Shown here: positions 29,031 to 38,857 of the stretch, one piece after another | Numbering within the stretch: the first letter of the stretch is position 1 | How the letters are laid out: each line of letters starts with the position of its first letter | Assembly: GCA_002369415.1 (NCBI GenBank) | Contig: DFEZ01000002.1 | Coordinates: 185,019-249,018 of the forward strand | DNA from: Bacillales bacterium UBA3789 | GTDB lineage: Bacteria; Bacillota_I; Bacilli_A; RF39; UBA660 | Length of the DNA stretch: 64,000 nucleotides | Reading direction: 5' to 3' | Notes under the pieces: model-generated | What the model was told of the DNA's origin: nothing | What the model saw: the letters and a program-made list of their open reading frames with translations, nothing else | The model's database searches: none | Program-made: the position numbers and the translations under genes

Positions 29031-29501
29031 TTATTTTTTATTATTTCCTTCATAAATAATTGCTTCATATATTAAATCAACTATATGAAAAGTAGGTTGC
29101 AAATGATATTTTTCTTTTACTCTATCAATTACATCTGGTCCATTTTCTAATTCAAGATAGTTGAATACTAATTCTTTTTCATTATCCATTTCTTTTAAAT
29201 ATTTTAGAGTATATTCTTCTTCTACTAAATATAGTGGATAATCTTTTGCCCAATGTTTAAATTTTTCAAACATAAAATATATGTTATTAACATATGTAAA
29301 CATTTCTTTATCATATTGAATCATATCTAATATGTAGTCATTATTAACAAATTTATCTTCTACTCTATAATCAAATCTATCTTCTAATTTAATACCATTT
29401 AATTTTAAAGCACTTATTTGTGCAATTATCCCATACTTTGGATCACTTCTTGTTGGTATTAATTCTAAAATTATATATTTGTCTTTTTGTGGATTTAACA
29501 T
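29031..29501 (-). CDS. Hypothetical protein
   Basis: 156 aa ORF with an RBS, immediately upstream of the MBL-fold gene. Confidence 0.35.
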   Translation of the reverse strand: MLNPQKDKYIILELIPTRSDPKYGIIAQISALKLNGIKLEDRFDYRVEDKFVNNDYILDMIQYDKEMFTYVNNIYFMFEKFKHWAKDYPLYLVEEEYTLKYLKEMDNEKELVFNYLELENGPDVIDRVKEKYHLQPTFHIVDLIYEAIIYEGNNKK

Positions 29502-29540
29502 AATATCACCAATATCATTATAACATAATAAAAGGAGATT

Positions 29541-32500
29541 TTAATAATCTCCTTTTGATATTACTTTTAGTTCAATTTCATGTGTTTTACCATCATTGAC
29601 TAAGTTTATTACATTTTTATCTTTCCAGATTCCATCTAATGTTAAGGACTCTTTCTTAGCTTTCATAACTTTGATGTTATAAGTTGTATCCATATAAGTA
29701 TATACTGCTTTGAATGAATCCCAAGCAACTGGCATTCTTGGATCTAATCTTAATTTATCTCCAGATTTATGAATACCAATTATACTTTCAATTCCTACTC
29801 TATAGAACCATCCTGCAGAACCTGTATACCAAGTCCATCCTCCTCTTGCTGGGAAGGATTCAGATGAATAAATATCTGCAGCAATTACATATGGCTCAAC
29901 TTTATACTTATCAACATCTTTTTGTTTCTTAGTTCTATTAGCTGGATTAATCATTTGATAGTAACGGTATGCTCTATCGTAATAACCAGCTTTTATTAGT
30001 GCTAATATATACCATGCAACTGCATGTGTATATTGTCCTCCATTTTCACGAATACCTTCAGGATAATTCATTATATATCCTGGATTATTTAGTGATTTAG
30101 CAAATGGTGGTGTTAATAATTTAATAATCTTATTCTTATCATCTACTAAGTTTTCTTCTACTGAGTTTATTAGTTTTTGAACTCTATCTTTAGGAGCAAC
30201 TTCACTTAGTATAGAGAAACTTTGAGATATTAAGTCAATCTTACATTCACTATTTTCATGAGATCCTAATTTATCTCCATTATCGAAGAATGCTCTTAAA
30301 TAGTAATCTCCATCCCATGTTTTCTTATTAAGATTATCTTTTAATTTTTCATTGAAATCTAAGTATTTATCATAATCAATAGTAACTTTTGCTTTCTTTA
30401 GTACTTCAACGAACATATCAATTACTACATGTAAGAAGAAACCTAACCAAACACTTTCTCCTTTTCCTTTGATACCTACTCTATTCATTCCATCGTTCCA
30501 GTCTCCACCACCCATTAATGGGATTTTGTGTTTACCTAAGGAATCCATAGATAGTTCAAGGGATTTGATACAGTGTTCAAGAAGTGTTGCTCCTCCTTCA
30601 GAATAATTAAATACTATACCTTTTTCATTTTCATAGTCACTTAATTCTTCTCCTACAACAAATGGTATATGTTCATTTAATATTTCTTTATCTCCTGTAA
30701 TATCTATATAGTAAGCAGTTGCATATACTAACCATAAGAAGTCATCTTTATATCTACTTCTTAAACCAAAGTGATTCTTTTCATGCCACCAGTGAAGTAC
30801 ATCTCCTGTTTCAAATTGATGTGCTGCATTAGTTATAATTTGTTTTCTTGTATATGCTGGATTTACTATAGCAATATTCATAGCATCTTGTAATTGATCA
30901 CGGAAACCGAAGGCACCTGATACTTGATAGAATCCTGCTTTAGCATTGATTCTTGATGATAGTGTTTGATATAAGTACCAACCATTAATCATAAAGTCAA
31001 AACTATTATCAGGTGAATTAACTTGAACTACTCCTAATGTTTTATCCCATCTTTCTTTTACTGCTTTTAATTCTTTCTTTGCATTTTGGATATTAGTGTA
31101 TTTCTTAATTAATTCTTTATTTTCATTATCACTTAGGCTACATCCTAAGACAAATACTAATGTCTTTTCTTCTTGCTCATCTAAGTCTAGGTCAAATGTA
31201 ATATTTTTTGTTAACATCTTTTCACAAGTGGCTGAATCAATATGTTCTGATGCTGACATAAATACGTTTACATCTCCATAGTTAATACTATATACATTAC
31301 GCATCTTTAGATAATTATCATCACCCATAAATTCTGTAAGTATATGACGAGATGTTTTTTCTTCAAAGTTTCCGAATGTTGGATTAATCCAGAATTCTAC
31401 ATTTGTTTTAACTTTAGTATTCTTTTTATTTTGTAATTTCATTAAATAGATTTTTACATTATCTTCACATGCAACAAATTCTGTTACTTTATGTTTAAAT
31501 CTATCTGTTTCACTTTCTAAGATTGTGTAACCAAATCCATGAGTACATTTTTCAGGATCAAAGTTTTTACCATCAAATTTAAATCCTTCAGATTTATCAT
31601 TTAATACTATATCGTTTGTCCATGATGTTATCTTAAATTCTCCTGAGTTATAAGCATATGTATAACCACAACCATTATTTGTAATTATAGTACCAAAGTT
31701 TTTATTTGATATTACATTACTCCATGGAGTTGGAGTGTTTTTGTTATAGATAACATATTCTTTACCATTTGGTTTAAATCCTCCATATCCATTATCGAAT
31801 AATAATTTTTCAGTATTTTCTTCTTTAATATTTTCTTCATTTGGATATGTTGGGTAATCACTTACTTTATTCTTTTGTTGCATCTCTTCAACAGCTTCTT
31901 TTAAGCTAATATGATTTTCAACAACAAATCTAATTCTTGGAACTACATCAAGTAAGCTCTTATCTTCTTTAGTAATATTACTACTATTAATTACTGTTAC
32001 ACTTCCAGGAGTATGATAGAAACTATTTAATGTATACATTCTATATAATTCATTATCTATTTGTTTCTTAACAATTCTTTGTGTCTCTCCAGACTCATTA
32101 TTAATAATAATTACATCTACGAAGATTGATTTATTTTTAAAGTATTCAAATGCTTTTAAGATATCATAAACAAAACTCATATCTTCTATATCACTTAATT
32201 CTACTGTGATTATTGGTCTATCTCCAGAAACTCCAAATTTCCATAATCCTGATTGCCCTAAAGCATTCTTTCTTAATAGATCCATTCTTTCATCATTAAC
32301 TGATATTCTTGTTGTTTGATATAAGAAGTTTAACATTATGTTATAAGTTCTCATTTCTGCACCAGTAATGTTTAGTGTCTTAGTATCTATTACATTCATT
32401 AGAGTAGATATTTTAAATTCTCTATCTAATACTGATTTGGAATCATAAGCTTCAATAATATCATTTATTTGCTCTTTACTTCTACCAAAACCAACCAATA

Positions 32501-35500
32501 GATATACAGTCACTGAATCATTTGCAGGAACTACTATTCTATTTCTTAATGACATTACTGGGTCTAAGTTATCTCCAACATAGTTAGTTAACTTAGAGTT
32601 TAATGCTTGAGCAGTATTAATAAGATTATTTCTACCAATAAATGAACTTCTCTCTGTTTCATATGAATATTTTTCTTCAGGATTTTCTATTATTAATCTA
32701 GTTACCATATAACTATTAACATTAGAATCTCCTCTATTTTTTCTCTTAGCAATTAAACTATTTGTTCTTTCATCATATTCTGTTGAAATGAACATATTAT
32801 TAAATACTTTATGAGATATATCATCCATATTCTCTGAAAGAATTGGTTCAGTATAACTTGTTAATTCTAATTCTTTATTAACACTTGATTCATTCTTAAA
32901 TGATATTTTTCTTATTTCAGCATGATGACTCTTACATACAACTATTTCTGTCTTAGTAGAAATATCTGTATCTCTTCTTAAGAATTTTATTTTATCTGCT
33001 GCGAAAACAACTTCATATTTGTCTGGTTTAATATTCATAGGAGCATATGTATTACTCCAAATATATTTATTATCCAAATCTTTTATGAATAAGAAAATAC
33101 CATAATCTTGTTCTGTTACTTTACGATATCTATTTAATTGTTGTGTACGATATCTTGAGAAACTGTTACCTCTATCATTCATGATAAGAGAATATTTCTT
33201 GTTAGATAGTACTGACATTTCTGGTAAGTATGAAATATAATCAAAGGCTCTAATATCATTTTCAATTGTTTCCTTATTGTAGTTATATTTCTTATAACCA
33301 GCCATCTTAAGATCAATACTAGCTTTAATTTGAACTTTCTCTTTAAGTAATAATTCGAATGTTTTTACATTGATATTTGAATGGAATAAGTTTTGAATTA
33401 CACCTTTCTTTAAATAATTAGTTAATCCAAGAAGACTCATTCCTTCATGGTGAGCAAAATATGATCTTACTACACCTTTATTATCATAATCATATGATTC
33501 GTATAAACCATATTCTCCATACATATCTAGTTCTTTAAATTTATTAATATTTTCATATACATCTTGTGGGAACATATCCATTACCATTAAAGATGAATAT
33601 GGTGATAATACTAATCTATTTTCTTTTTCTTCTTTTGCTTTTAAATATGGAGTAGCAAATGCTTGATACTTATAATTTAGTGAATTATCTAATTCATTAT
33701 AAGCAGATTCTGAAATACCCCAAGGCAATTTACGAGAAACGCTATTTACATATTCTTTTTGACATAAATGAACGAAATTATATGTTTCATCAAGCAAAGT
33801 GTTTTGATAATTCTTCATGAATAGTAATGGCATGTAATATTCGAATGCTGTACCACTCCATGAAATTAATCCTTTTCTACCTTTATATGTTGTTAGTGAT
33901 TTATCTAGACAGAACCAATGTTTATTTGGAACTTCTCCTAAACAAATTGCTAAGTAACTTGTAAGACGTGATTCTGATGCAAATTTATTATAGTTATAAT
34001 CTGATAATTTACCTTCATTTTCATCATAACCAATACTAAATACATCTTTCTTAGTATATAGTTTTTTGAAGTTAGTATTTGTAATTAGTTTATCAGCTAA
34101 TTTAACTAATTTATCTTCATTTACTAATTCTAGGAATTCTCTTGCTACTATTAAACAAGCAACTAAGTTTCCAGAGTCTACTGTTGATACAAAGTTAGGA
34201 TAAAGTACTTTCTTTGACTTAATATCATACCAGTTATATAAATGACCGTGCCATTTATCTAGTGAATCAATTGAATCTAGAATTTTTCCTAATAAATCAA
34301 TTGCTTTATCTTTTTCAATAAAGTTCAACTCATAAGCACTAACTACTGCTGTTAAAGAGAATCCTATAGCTGTAGGAGATGTTCTCATATCAAGTTTTTC
34401 TTCTCTATTTTCTTGATAATTATCTGGAATTAAATAGTTATATTCTTCTTTTAAATTATCTTCGAAATATTTCCATGTTCTTAGAGCTAATTCTTCTACT
34501 TCATTAATCTCTTTATCTTTTAATTCTAATTCATGATGATTAATATCTTTACTTACTGCATATAATACAAATGGTGCAGTTGCGAATACAAATGCTATTA
34601 CAAATGTCACAATATTATGTGTAAATATTCCTATTACAACAAATACTATTGCAACAATAATATTAAATATAAAGTTTCTAATATAATTCTTTAGACTTCC
34701 ATTAACTGTCTTTTCTACTTCTTCTGCAGTAATCCAGTTTAATAGATTATCATGACTATAAATTAATCTATATAGTGTTCTAAAGAATGCATCCATATAT
34801 AATTTAGAATAATATGGAATAGTTGCAAACATGATATAAGATCTTAATAAGATACTCTTTCCACCAAAGTATAAGTTCTTATAATAAACTTCTTTGTGAT
34901 TCTTTTCTTTTTTAGCCATCTTACTTCTTAAGAAGAAGATAATTGAAACAGCTATTTCTAGAACAACTACTCCTACCCATAGATATGGATATACTCCTTT
35001 AGTTGTAAATCCTAATAATAATATTAGTAATAACATTGGATTTAAGAACATTCTTATAATGTTATCTAATATTTTATATTTACCTAAGAAATTAATTGGA
35101 TTCTTTACTTTTTTGTTAGCTTTATTTTTTACTTTATTACCTAACCATCCAATAATTTGAGTATCTCCTCTAGCCCATCTATGTTGTCTAGTTACATCTA
35201 TTAAGAATTTTGATGGGAAATCATCTATTACTTCGATATCTGATACGTATCCACATCTAATATAATTACCTTCAAGCAAGTCATGTGAAAGAATTAAATT
35301 ATCTGGGAATGTATTATCTAATACTTTATTAAATATTTCTAGATCATAAATACCTTTTCCAACGAAACTTCCTTCACCAAATGAGTCTTGATATACATTT
35401 GGAATAACTGCAGTATATGTATCAAATCCACCGATACCTGCAAATACTTGACTATATAAACTTTTATTAGTTGCTTCAATATCTAATCCAACTCTTGGTT

Positions 35501-37184
35501 GCATTAAACCATATCCATGAATTACTTTTGTTCCTTCTTTATTAAGTATTGGTTTATTCATAGGATGTGCCATTGCTCCTACTAAGTTAAGAGCAGAATT
35601 TAATACTAGTTTTGTATCTGTATCTAGAGTTATTACATATTTAATACCTAATTTATTATTATGTAACATATTTACATTGAAGTATTTTTCTTCATCTAGT
35701 TTATTTCCTAAAAGGATATTATTAAATTGAAGTAATGCTCCTCTTTTTCTTTCATAACCTAAATACATTTTTTCATGTTCATTCCATAATCTTTTTCTAT
35801 ATATGAAATAGAACAAATCTTTTTTATATTTCTTATTTAAGTTTTCAGCATATTCTCTACCATATTCTGATATTTCTTCATCAAAGTCCATTACTTCTTG
35901 TTGACCTGACTTTACATCTCCTAAAAGAGTAAAGTAAATATTATCACTCTTATTTACTAAGTAGAATGACTCTAATGTATCAAACATTTGCTTAATCTTA
36001 GTCGTTGAAGAAACTATTGTAGGTATAACAACCATTGTTTTAGATTCTTCTGGGATACCTTTAGAATAATCTAGTTTTGGTATTACTGTAGTTGGTACTA
36101 CATTAACTAATATTTCATTCATTATTTGAATAATTAATTGACTAAGTGGAATGAATAAAATAATAAATCCTAATACTCTTATCTTAATAAAATATGCAGA
36201 TAAGAAATATGCTGCTACTCCTGTTAATAAGAATAATACTAATAAATAAACAATTATTCTTGGGGTAGAAGATTTTTCTTTAAATAATTTAAATCCGATA
36301 TGTTCATCTTTAGTAAATATCTTTTCTAAATATGAATATTCATCAGTATGATGCTTTTTAGCTAACTTTAATAATCTCTTACGATAAGATCTTTTTGTCT
36401 CTATTGTTGTTGCTTTATATACTTCGTCAGTTAATAATAATCTTTCTGTTTTAGATACTTTTTCATATAATTCTTCTATAGAAAATTCAAAGAATTCTTT
36501 GAAGTCATTAAATATATTTGATATTAGTACGTTGTTATTAATATTATTTTGATATTCTTCATTAACTAATTCTTTTAAACTAATATCATTATTATTTAAA
36601 TATTCATTTAAAGATTTAAATATATCTCCATTATTCTCAATTCTTGATAATTGATTGTTAATTTCAAATATATAGTGTTTATTTCTTGTTAAATCAAAAT
36701 TTTCAGAGATAAATGCGTTTAATGTTAAATGATTCTTCTTTTCTCTTACTATTAATTCAACATCTTCTTTATCAACTAATTTTCTATACTCTTCTCTACA
36801 TAGGTTATTTAATCTTTCAGTGTATATAAAAATTAGCATTGGTAAAATACAATCTAATTCTATATAAGTAAAATTCTTTTTATTTTGTTTTTGATATGCT
36901 CTTAGTTCTTCAACTATATATTTAAAACTAACATTATAATTTTTCTTGCTTACAATATTTTTTAATAGATAATAATTTTCATTTATTTGTTTTAGATGTC
37001 TCTTTAATTCTTTTTTAGAATTAATAATATTATTTTTATGCTCAACTAACAAATAATAGTTATCAATTAACCATTCATTTGTAATTTCTACATACTCATG
37101 CCTTTTTGTTTTATCCACAAGAAAATTATAATAATCAGTTATGTCATTAAAGTTATTTAAAAATTTTTTAATAATGTTAGCCAT
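29541..37184 (-). CDS. Cyclic beta-1,2-glucan synthase-like giant protein (GT2/GT84-type glycosyltransferase domain plus a C-terminal GH94 phosphorylase-like domain)
   Basis: 2547 aa. TM segments flank a GT domain carrying DTD (VITLDTDTKL) and QHRWARGD (a QxxRW motif). The C-terminal domain has GH94 signatures GGGDWNDGMN, GFRDQLQD and HWWHE. Confidence 0.7.
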   Translation of the reverse strand: MANIIKKFLNNFNDITDYYNFLVDKTKRHEYVEITNEWLIDNYYLLVEHKNNIINSKKELKRHLKQINENYYLLKNIVSKKNYNVSFKYIVEELRAYQKQNKKNFTYIELDCILPMLIFIYTERLNNLCREEYRKLVDKEDVELIVREKKNHLTLNAFISENFDLTRNKHYIFEINNQLSRIENNGDIFKSLNEYLNNNDISLKELVNEEYQNNINNNVLISNIFNDFKEFFEFSIEELYEKVSKTERLLLTDEVYKATTIETKRSYRKRLLKLAKKHHTDEYSYLEKIFTKDEHIGFKLFKEKSSTPRIIVYLLVLFLLTGVAAYFLSAYFIKIRVLGFIILFIPLSQLIIQIMNEILVNVVPTTVIPKLDYSKGIPEESKTMVVIPTIVSSTTKIKQMFDTLESFYLVNKSDNIYFTLLGDVKSGQQEVMDFDEEISEYGREYAENLNKKYKKDLFYFIYRKRLWNEHEKMYLGYERKRGALLQFNNILLGNKLDEEKYFNVNMLHNNKLGIKYVITLDTDTKLVLNSALNLVGAMAHPMNKPILNKEGTKVIHGYGLMQPRVGLDIEATNKSLYSQVFAGIGGFDTYTAVIPNVYQDSFGEGSFVGKGIYDLEIFNKVLDNTFPDNLILSHDLLEGNYIRCGYVSDIEVIDDFPSKFLIDVTRQHRWARGDTQIIGWLGNKVKNKANKKVKNPINFLGKYKILDNIIRMFLNPMLLLILLLGFTTKGVYPYLWVGVVVLEIAVSIIFFLRSKMAKKEKNHKEVYYKNLYFGGKSILLRSYIMFATIPYYSKLYMDAFFRTLYRLIYSHDNLLNWITAEEVEKTVNGSLKNYIRNFIFNIIVAIVFVVIGIFTHNIVTFVIAFVFATAPFVLYAVSKDINHHELELKDKEINEVEELALRTWKYFEDNLKEEYNYLIPDNYQENREEKLDMRTSPTAIGFSLTAVVSAYELNFIEKDKAIDLLGKILDSIDSLDKWHGHLYNWYDIKSKKVLYPNFVSTVDSGNLVACLIVAREFLELVNEDKLVKLADKLITNTNFKKLYTKKDVFSIGYDENEGKLSDYNYNKFASESRLTSYLAICLGEVPNKHWFCLDKSLTTYKGRKGLISWSGTAFEYYMPLLFMKNYQNTLLDETYNFVHLCQKEYVNSVSRKLPWGISESAYNELDNSLNYKYQAFATPYLKAKEEKENRLVLSPYSSLMVMDMFPQDVYENINKFKELDMYGEYGLYESYDYDNKGVVRSYFAHHEGMSLLGLTNYLKKGVIQNLFHSNINVKTFELLLKEKVQIKASIDLKMAGYKKYNYNKETIENDIRAFDYISYLPEMSVLSNKKYSLIMNDRGNSFSRYRTQQLNRYRKVTEQDYGIFLFIKDLDNKYIWSNTYAPMNIKPDKYEVVFAADKIKFLRRDTDISTKTEIVVCKSHHAEIRKISFKNESSVNKELELTSYTEPILSENMDDISHKVFNNMFISTEYDERTNSLIAKRKNRGDSNVNSYMVTRLIIENPEEKYSYETERSSFIGRNNLINTAQALNSKLTNYVGDNLDPVMSLRNRIVVPANDSVTVYLLVGFGRSKEQINDIIEAYDSKSVLDREFKISTLMNVIDTKTLNITGAEMRTYNIMLNFLYQTTRISVNDERMDLLRKNALGQSGLWKFGVSGDRPIITVELSDIEDMSFVYDILKAFEYFKNKSIFVDVIIINNESGETQRIVKKQIDNELYRMYTLNSFYHTPGSVTVINSSNITKEDKSLLDVVPRIRFVVENHISLKEAVEEMQQKNKVSDYPTYPNEENIKEENTEKLLFDNGYGGFKPNGKEYVIYNKNTPTPWSNVISNKNFGTIITNNGCGYTYAYNSGEFKITSWTNDIVLNDKSEGFKFDGKNFDPEKCTHGFGYTILESETDRFKHKVTEFVACEDNVKIYLMKLQNKKNTKVKTNVEFWINPTFGNFEEKTSRHILTEFMGDDNYLKMRNVYSINYGDVNVFMSASEHIDSATCEKMLTKNITFDLDLDEQEEKTLVFVLGCSLSDNENKELIKKYTNIQNAKKELKAVKERWDKTLGVVQVNSPDNSFDFMINGWYLYQTLSSRINAKAGFYQVSGAFGFRDQLQDAMNIAIVNPAYTRKQIITNAAHQFETGDVLHWWHEKNHFGLRSRYKDDFLWLVYATAYYIDITGDKEILNEHIPFVVGEELSDYENEKGIVFNYSEGGATLLEHCIKSLELSMDSLGKHKIPLMGGGDWNDGMNRVGIKGKGESVWLGFFLHVVIDMFVEVLKKAKVTIDYDKYLDFNEKLKDNLNKKTWDGDYYLRAFFDNGDKLGSHENSECKIDLISQSFSILSEVAPKDRVQKLINSVEENLVDDKNKIIKLLTPPFAKSLNNPGYIMNYPEGIRENGGQYTHAVAWYILALIKAGYYDRAYRYYQMINPANRTKKQKDVDKYKVEPYVIAADIYSSESFPARGGWTWYTGSAGWFYRVGIESIIGIHKSGDKLRLDPRMPVAWDSFKAVYTYMDTTYNIKVMKAKKESLTLDGIWKDKNVINLVNDGKTHEIELKVISKGDY

Positions 37185-37282
37185 ATAATCATTCTCCCAA
37201 AATAATTATAACATAAAAATATTTCATATACTATAAAAACAGAAACAAAAAAACGTTGATTTCTCAACGTTATTTTTATAAT

Positions 37283-37372
37283 GGCGGAGTAGGAGAGATT
37301 TGAACTCTCGCGCCAGTTGCCCGACCTACACCCTTAGCAGGGGCGCCTCTTCAGCCTCTTGAGTACTACTCC
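37283..37372 (-). tRNA. tRNA-Ser (anticodon GCT)
   Basis: The reverse complement, GGAGTAGTACTCAAGAGGCTGAAGAGGCGCCCCTGCTAAGGGTGTAGGTCGGGCAACTGGCGCGAGAGTTCAAATCTCTCCTACTCCGCCA, has a long variable arm. A TTGACT...AATAAT promoter lies upstream and an AACGTTGAGAAATCAACGTT terminator lies downstream. Confidence 0.85.
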
Positions 37373-37437
37373 ATTCCTCAAATTGCGTCCGCACATATAT
37401 TATTGCATTTTATAGGTCAAAAGTCAACAAATATATT

Positions 37438-37710
37438 TTATTCTTCCCCTTTTTTCATAGTGTTTATAAATAGTTCTAAATTTTCTGCTTGTTTATTAAA
37501 ATCATCTATAAAAGTAGGTATTTCATCTTTAATAGAATTCCATTTTGTTTTAAAAGTTGCAGCTGAAGGTCCATCCCAAACTCCTGATCCTGTGTTTATG
37601 TTTTCTTCAACTAGATTATTCATTGAAGTTAAAGAATTTTTAACGGATTCAGATATTACTTTTAAATTTGTTAAAGATTTATTTAATTCATCAAAATTAA
37701 CTGTATTCAT
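37438..37710 (-). CDS. WXG100-family (EsxA-like) protein
   Basis: 90 aa helical hairpin with a central WxG as SGVWDGPSAATF. Confidence 0.75.
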   Translation of the reverse strand: MNTVNFDELNKSLTNLKVISESVKNSLTSMNNLVEENINTGSGVWDGPSAATFKTKWNSIKDEIPTFIDDFNKQAENLELFINTMKKGEE

Positions 37711-37718
37711 AAATCCTC

Positions 37719-38018
37719 CTATTGAAATGATCCATTTAAGTTTGCAGTTGCAGACTCATATTCATTTATTTTTATTGATAGATTATTAACAAATTCTTGC
37801 ATAAGAATTACTGCTTCATTTAATCTACCCTCTTTTTCTTCAAATTTTTCTTTAAATGCCTCATATGTTCCTGTATCAGTACTAATCCAATTATCACCTA
37901 TTTTTGTAATTTCATTCTTGACTGAATCAAGGGCTTCTTTGTATTTATTTAGGTTGTCTAAAGCTTGGCTTTTTAATTCATTTAATTTGGCTAAGTTAAA
38001 TGATAATTCATTATTCAT
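37719..38018 (-). CDS. WXG100-like (EsxB/YukE-like) partner protein
   Basis: 99 aa with DNWISTDTGTYEAF in the central turn. It has its own TATAAT -10 element and an RBS AGTAGGTGA. Confidence 0.6.
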   Translation of the reverse strand: MNNELSFNLAKLNELKSQALDNLNKYKEALDSVKNEITKIGDNWISTDTGTYEAFKEKFEEKEGRLNEAVILMQEFVNNLSIKINEYESATANLNGSFQ

Positions 38019-38098
38019 ATAATCACCTACTCTTTTTTTATTATAGCAATTTTTTTATAAAAAGAAAACCATTGCATTGCAATGGTTAGGTTCAAAAT

Positions 38099-38175
38099 TG
38101 GTGACGAGTACGGAATTCGAATCCGTGAATGCTGCCGTGAAAGGGCAGTGTGTTAAGCCACTTCACCAACTCGCC
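38099..38175 (-). tRNA. tRNA-Glu (anticodon TTC)
   Basis: The reverse complement is GGCGAGTTGGTGAAGTGGCTTAACACACTGCCCTTTCACGGCAGCATTCACGGATTCGAATTCCGTACTCGTCACCA. Confidence 0.9.
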
Positions 38176-38184
38176 AAATAAAAA

Positions 38185-38261
38185 TGGCGCCCCAACTAGG
38201 ACTTGAACCTAGGACCCCTTGATTAACAGTCAAGTGCTCTAACCAACTGAGCTATTGAGGC
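38185..38261 (-). tRNA. tRNA-Asn (anticodon GTT)
   Basis: The reverse complement is GCCTCAATAGCTCAGTTGGTTAGAGCACTTGACTGTTAATCAAGGGGTCCTAGGTTCAAGTCCTAGTTGGGGCGCCA. Confidence 0.9.
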
Positions 38262-38269
38262 ATTTAAAA

Positions 38270-38346
<77 letters not shown>

Positions 38347-38363
38347 ATCACATGTACTCATTC

Positions 38364-38392
38364 ATTTTACTATAAAACTGCTGAGTTTGCAA
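38364..38392 (-). promoter_or_regulatory. Sigma-A-type promoter of the tRNA-Ile/Asn/Glu operon
   Basis: TTGCAA-N17-TAAAAT on the minus strand, a few nucleotides upstream of tRNA-Ile. Confidence 0.55.
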
Positions 38393-38553
38393 GGAATTTT
38401 TGAATTTTTTCAATATTTCCCGACTGCAAATATAGAATACTATATATTTTCGCTTAAAGTCAAGTGTTTTTTTAACTAATTAATGCATAAAATCAAAAAA
38501 AAGACTTGATAATAATCAAAAATTGATATAAAATAGTTTTGCAACTTGGAAAT

Positions 38554-38629
38554 GGGGCGTTAGCTCAGTTGGTAGAGCAACTGACTCTTAATCAGTGGGT
38601 CTAGGGTTCGAATCCCTAACGCCCCACCA
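38554..38629 (+). tRNA. tRNA-Lys (anticodon CTT)
   Basis: GGGGCGTTAGCTCAGTTGGTAGAGCAACTGACTCTTAATCAGTGGGTCTAGGGTTCGAATCCCTAACGCCCCACCA, with a TTGATA...TATAAAAT promoter upstream. Confidence 0.9.
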
Positions 38630-38637
38630 TTTAAAAA

Positions 38638-38670
38638 AATAAAAGGACTAGTAATAGTCCTTTTTTTATT
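38638..38670. terminator. Bidirectional intrinsic terminator (tRNA-Lys on the plus strand, ddl on the minus strand)
   Basis: AAAAGGACTA-GTAA-TAGTCCTTTTTTTATTT. Confidence 0.6.
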
Positions 38671-38857
38671 TATGTCCTGTTTTGTGTTCTGGATTTTCTT
38701 CATATTCATAATTATTATCTTTTCTTCTACTATTCAAATGTCTTCTTTCAGCTTGATAATCACACATATTGATGTATTATCTTTGTTAAAATTTTATCAA
38801 CAAATTGTTTGCTCATTTTTAGGTTCATCACCCCTTTTTAATTTAAAGAAAGGAAAA

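Noticed and set aside
38760-38816. 18-aa minus-strand ORF (MSKQFVDKILTKIIHQYV) with an upstream GGGGTGA, in the ddl 3' region
   Set aside because: It is too short to support from sequence alone, and the spacing to the RBS is suboptimal.
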